DNA from: Macrostomum hystrix
Lineage: Eukaryota; Animalia; Platyhelminthes
Direction of reading: 5' to 3'
DNA: 64,000 nt
NCBI GenBank assembly: GCA_950097015.1
Contig: CATNEN010000038.1
Location: 16,430,001-16,494,000 of the forward strand
Every line of letters starts with the position of its first letter. The first letter of the stretch is position 1. Both the position numbers and the translations under genes were made by a program. The notes beneath the pieces are model-generated. The model was given only the letters and a program-made list of their open reading frames with translations, made no database searches and was not told where the DNA came from. Shown here one piece after another: positions 59,590 through 64,000 of the stretch.

Positions 59590-59872
59590 TAGATAAATAC
59601 AAGGACCACAGACTACGTACAGCAGCTCAGTCCATGGACCAAAGACTGCGTACAGCAGCTCAGTCCATGGACAAAAGACTGCGTACAGCAGCTCAGTCCA
59701 TGGACAAAAGACTGCGTACAGCAGCTCAGTACATGGACCAAAGACTGCGTACAGCAGCTCAGTCCATGGACAAAAGACTGCGTACAGCAGCTCAGTCCAT
59801 GGACCAAAGACTGCGTACAGCAGCTCAGTCCATGGACCAAAGACTACGTACAGCAGCTCAGTCTATGGACTG
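59590..59872. repeat. 33-bp minisatellite derived from SINE B
   Basis: Unit AAAGACTGCGTACAGCAGCTCAGTCCATGGACC matches minus-strand SINE B. The SINE B head follows at ~59925-60030. Confidence 0.9.
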
Positions 59873-60472
59873 GTAGGCCCTAAACTTTCATCCCAACAAT
59901 TATTGTTATTAATGTTTACTGCTCGGTGAACTGAAGCAATTCAGAGTTAGTTGTCTTGCTGAATGTGTTTTCTTGGGCTGCGATTCGAACTCCCGACCAC
60001 ATGCTCGCAGGTCCAAAGCTCTCACCGCCTTGCAGCAATACCATTTTTAGGCAATCAAATAATCAAGAAGCTCGTACTCGTACATATCAATCATACTCGT
60101 ACTCGTACATACTCATACATATTTTTTGTTCAAAATATGTCTTCCAAGTTTAGGCTAGAACTTTTTAGAAATAGCTGTAGCAGCGGATGCATTTTTAGTT
60201 ACATGAGGTAAAGTAGGGATAATTCATAGAAAGGTATCGAAATTCGACAGCGTACAACCCCCTTTTTACGCATAACAAACAACACAGCTCGATCCAATCA
60301 ATACAGGCCACATTTTTACAGAAAAATGCTACATAGAAAAAGAACAAGAATATCAAATTCCAAGATAATTTATTATTAATCAGAAGTTTAGATTTTCTGA
60401 TAGTTCACATTTTGTTTATTGAAACTATTGCTATATTCACACACCATACTACTAAGAAAGTCATCGCAAGTG

Positions 60473-60823
60473 TCAGTAGTACAGTTGAGAAATAAATTTT
60501 CCATTGCGAGCATTTTGCACCTGTAGGAGTATGTCTAGGCAGAGCTCTTTCGCTACTCTGTTGTAGATGAATTGATGTACGTGAAGTTGAGTCTCGGCCT
60601 TCTTAGCAAAGGTGAAAACCATCTTGGACTCTTTTCCTCGTTTAATTTCAACAGAGAAGAAGTCTAGATTAGGCACTGACAACAGTTGATAATTTAATTC
60701 CAAGTCGTCGATTAGATGCAATGACATTAGCTTGCGAAAGTTGATGTTCAGAGCACGCGAATACGGACTGTCGCAGTACACAACGCGAACCAGGATACGC
60801 TTAATAGATTCAGTTTGGCTCAT
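60473..60823 (-). CDS. Small single-exon protein (116 aa), possibly a divergent Rdx/SelW-like thioredoxin fold
   Basis: ATG-initiated, non-repetitive ORF in AT-rich surroundings with minus-strand AATAAA at ~60415 and ~60370. VRVVYC and DFFSVEI resemble SelW VRVVYC and GFFEV. Confidence 0.55.
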   Translation of the reverse strand: MSQTESIKRILVRVVYCDSPYSRALNINFRKLMSLHLIDDLELNYQLLSVPNLDFFSVEIKRGKESKMVFTFAKKAETQLHVHQFIYNRVAKELCLDILLQVQNARNGKFISQLYY

Positions 60824-61062
60824 GGCTGCTAGATTCGATTATCTTTAGTCGATAAATGTAAAATATCTAGTTTGTGTTCGGCACTTTCACTAAACCCAAG
60901 AATAAAAATACTATAGGTAAAGAAAGCTATTGTCTATGGAAATAAAAACCTAAAAAGTAAAAAAATCTTGAAATAGCTTATACTATTTCAGTTGAATAAT
61001 TTTAAAAGCCATAATACCCTGCAAAATATTTTCGAAACAGCTATAATTTTCAGGACTGATAA

Positions 61063-61121
61063 GCTTTAGGCATGGATGAATGAATAGAATTCATTTCTAT
61101 TCATTCATCCATGGCTTTAGG
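61063..61121. mobile_element. 43-bp micro-MITE (61071-61113) with 8-bp TSD GCTTTAGG
   Basis: Perfect 19-bp arms CATGGATGAATGAATAGAA around a 5-nt loop, with identical 8-mers on both sides. Confidence 0.8.
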
Positions 61122-61129
61122 TCGCAGTT

Positions 61130-63065
61130 AATAGACCAATGATAAGCTACAGGTTGTAGATAATAGACCCTTGATAAGATTCGGGTTGTAGATAATAGAC
61201 CCTTGATAAGCTTCAGGTTGTAGATAATAGACCCCTGATAAGCTTCAGGTTGTAGATAATAGACCCCTGATAAGCTTCAGGTTGTAGATAATAGACCCTC
61301 GATAAGCTTCAGGTTGTAGATAATAGACCCTCGATAAGCTTCAGGTTGTAGATAATAGACCCCTGATAAGCTTCAGGTTGTAGATAATAGACCCTCGATA
61401 AGCTTCAGGTTGTAGATAATAGACCCCTGATAAGCTTCAGGTTGTAGATAATAGACCCTCGATAAGCTTCAGGTTGTAGATAATAGACCCCTGATAAGCT
61501 TCAGGTTGTAGATAATAGACCCTCGACAAGCTTCAGGTTGTAGATAATAGACCCCTGATAAGCTTCAGGTTGTAGATAATAGACCCTTGATAAGCTTCAG
61601 GTTGTAGATAATAGACCCTTGATAAGCTTCAGGTTGTAGATAATAGACCCCTGATAAGCTTCAGGTTGTAGATAATAGACCCTCGATAAGCTTCAGGTTG
61701 TAGATAATAGACCCCTGATAAGCTTCAGGTTGTAGATAATAGACCCTCGACAAGCTTCAGGTTGTAGTTAATAGACCCCTGATAAGCTTCAGGTTGTAGA
61801 TAATAGACCCTTGATAAGCTTCAGGTTGTAGATAATAGACCCTTGATAAGCTTCAGGTTGTAGATAATAGACCCTTGATAAGCTTCAGGTTGTAGATAAC
61901 AGAACCTTGATAAGCTTCAGGTTGTAGATAATAGACCCTTGATAAGCTTCAGGTTGTAGATACTAGACCCTTGATAAGCTTTAAGACATAGATAATAGAC
62001 CCTGGACAAGCTTCAGGTTGTAGATAATAGATACTTGATAAGCTTCAGGTTGTAGATAATAGACCCTTGATAAGCTTTAAGACATAGATAATAGACCCCT
62101 GATAAGCTTCAGGTTGTAGATAATAGACCCTTGATAAGCTTCAGGTTGTAGATAATAGACCCTTGATAAGCTTCAGGTTGTAGATAATAGACCAATGATA
62201 AGCTTCAGGTTGTAGATAATAGACCCTCGACAAGCTTCAGGTTGTAGATAATAGACCCTTGATAAGCTTTAAGACATAGATAATAGACCGCTGATAAGCT
62301 TCAGGTTGTAGATAATAGACCCTTGATAAGCTTCAGGTTGTAGATAATAGACTCTTAATAAACTTCAGGTTGTAGATAATAGACCCTTAATAAGCTTCAG
62401 GTTGTAGATAATAGACCCTTGATAAGCTTCAGGTTGTAGGTAATAGACCCTTAATAAGCTTCAGGTTGTAGATAATAGACCATTGATAAGCTTGAGGTTG
62501 TAGATAATAGACCAATGATAAGCTTCAGGTTGTAGATAACAGACCCTTGATAAGCTTCAGGTTGTAGATAACAGACCCTTGATAAGCTTCAGGTTGTAGA
62601 TAATAGACCCTTGATAAGCTTCAGGTTGTAGATAATAGACTCTTGATAAGCTTCAGGTTGTAGATAATAGACCCTTGATAAGCTTCAGGTTGTAGATAAT
62701 AGACTCTTGATAAGCTTCAGGTTGTAGATAATAGACCCTTGATAAGCTTCAGGTTGTAGATAATAGACCAATGATAAGCTTCAGGTTGTAGATAACAGAC
62801 CCTTGATAAGCTTCAGGTTGTAGATAACAGACCCTTGATAAGCTTCAGGTTGTAGATAATAGACCCTTAATAAGCTTCAGGTTGTAGATAATAGACTCTT
62901 GATAAGCTTCAGGTTGTAGATAATAGACCCTTGATAAGCTTCAGGTTGTAGATAATAGACCAATGATAAGCTTCAGGTTGTAGATAATAGACCCTTGATA
63001 AGCTTCAGGTTGTAGATAATAGACCTTTGAGAAGCTTTAAGACATAGATTATAGACATTGTATGA
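61130..63065. repeat. 32-bp satellite (GATAAGCTTCAGGTTGTAGATAATAGACCCTT), ~60 copies
   Basis: Tandem periodicity, with a HindIII site in most units. Confidence 0.97.
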
Positions 63066-63724
63066 GCTTTAAGATGTGGATCACTGAATAAAGATTCATT
63101 TATTGAAGGAATAGACGATAAAAGTAGCGAAATATTTAAGAATTTGGGAAAAAATTTTAGGTGGCTTGAGAATTCCTGGAACTTCCAGCTGATGATGAGT
63201 AGTTTTATTAATTTAAATTAAAATTCTACACACAGCATTTTTTAAGCTAGTTAGCAAATGGATCTTACATTGAAAAAGTGGACGAATTTTGAATTAAAAA
63301 AACAAGGCATGTAAAAATTTGGTCTCGAAAAATTCCATGTCAAATAAGGCCCAGCCAAAAGTAGAAGTATAAACGAAAATAACATTTTTGTTGGACAGAA
63401 TAGTAGAATTAGGAACTAAACTGGCGAAAGTTGTGACAGCCATAATTGTTATTTGTGCATATAAAACAGTGTCAAATTAAGACAGTAAATTCGTAGAAAA
63501 ATACTAAGTAAAAAATTGAAAATTTGTCTAAACCTCTGAAAAGAAATTTTCACTTTGGGACGGAGACAAAATAATTAAAAAGCATTTTAAGCACTGGTTG
63601 AAATAATTGGGCGGAATGATTAGGTAACAGATAGCAGATAATTTGGAATTTAAATCAGTTAGCAACGTGCTGCATCCCAATCAACGAGAACGCATAGACT
63701 TGACAGCAAAAATAACAGGGCCTT

Positions 63725-64000
63725 GTTGAAGGGAAATCCCACGATCATGATAAGGGAAATTCCATAGTCTTGGTAAAGGGAAATCCCATGGTCTTCGTGA
63801 AAGGAAATCCCGTGGTGGTGGCCCACCATGGTCTTAGTGACGGGAAATTTTAACATGGTATTAGTAACGGGAAATCCCAAGGTCTTGGTGAAGGGAAATC
63901 AAATGGTCTAGGTGTAGGGAAATCCCATGGTCTAGGTGAAGGGAAATCTCAAGGGCTTGGTGAAGGGAAATTCTATGGTCTAGGTGAAGGGAAATCCCAA
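63725..64000. repeat. Degenerate ~24-bp minisatellite (GTGAAGGGAAATCCCATGGTCTAG) running off the window
   Basis: Imperfect tandem periodicity. Confidence 0.85.

Noticed and set aside
61130-63065. CRISPR-like 32-bp repeats
   Set aside because: There are no unique spacers or cas genes, and the context is eukaryotic.

Overview
Eukaryotic (metazoan) genomic DNA with GT-AG introns and very dense minisatellites. The style suggests a free-living flatworm such as Macrostomum, but that is inference only. Host genes were rebuilt by hand from splice sites: the 3' end of a beta-spectrin (PH domain), a complete 13-exon catalytically dead ADAM (~845 aa), a 2-exon orphan with a possible degenerate PLD-like fold, a 6-exon LAMP-family protein, a 3-exon atypical aminergic-like GPCR and a small Rdx/SelW-like ORF. 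Mobile elements: two Gypsy (Mag-like) relics, a decayed BEL/Pao, a 5'-truncated RNase H-bearing (LOA/R1-group) LINE, an intact Crypton-like tyrosine recombinase ORF next to a 92-nt hairpin, three tRNA-derived SINE families (A, B, C) and tiny MITEs. The most striking signal is that SINE family A and the LINE share a 3' three-way-junction RNA structure with compensatory base changes despite little primary similarity, suggesting a structure-based SINE/LINE mobilisation pair. Other observations: nested SINE insertions cluster in one segment of SINE B, a SINE tail appears to supply a host splice acceptor, one minisatellite is derived from a SINE, and a 43-bp micro-MITE has an 8-bp TSD.
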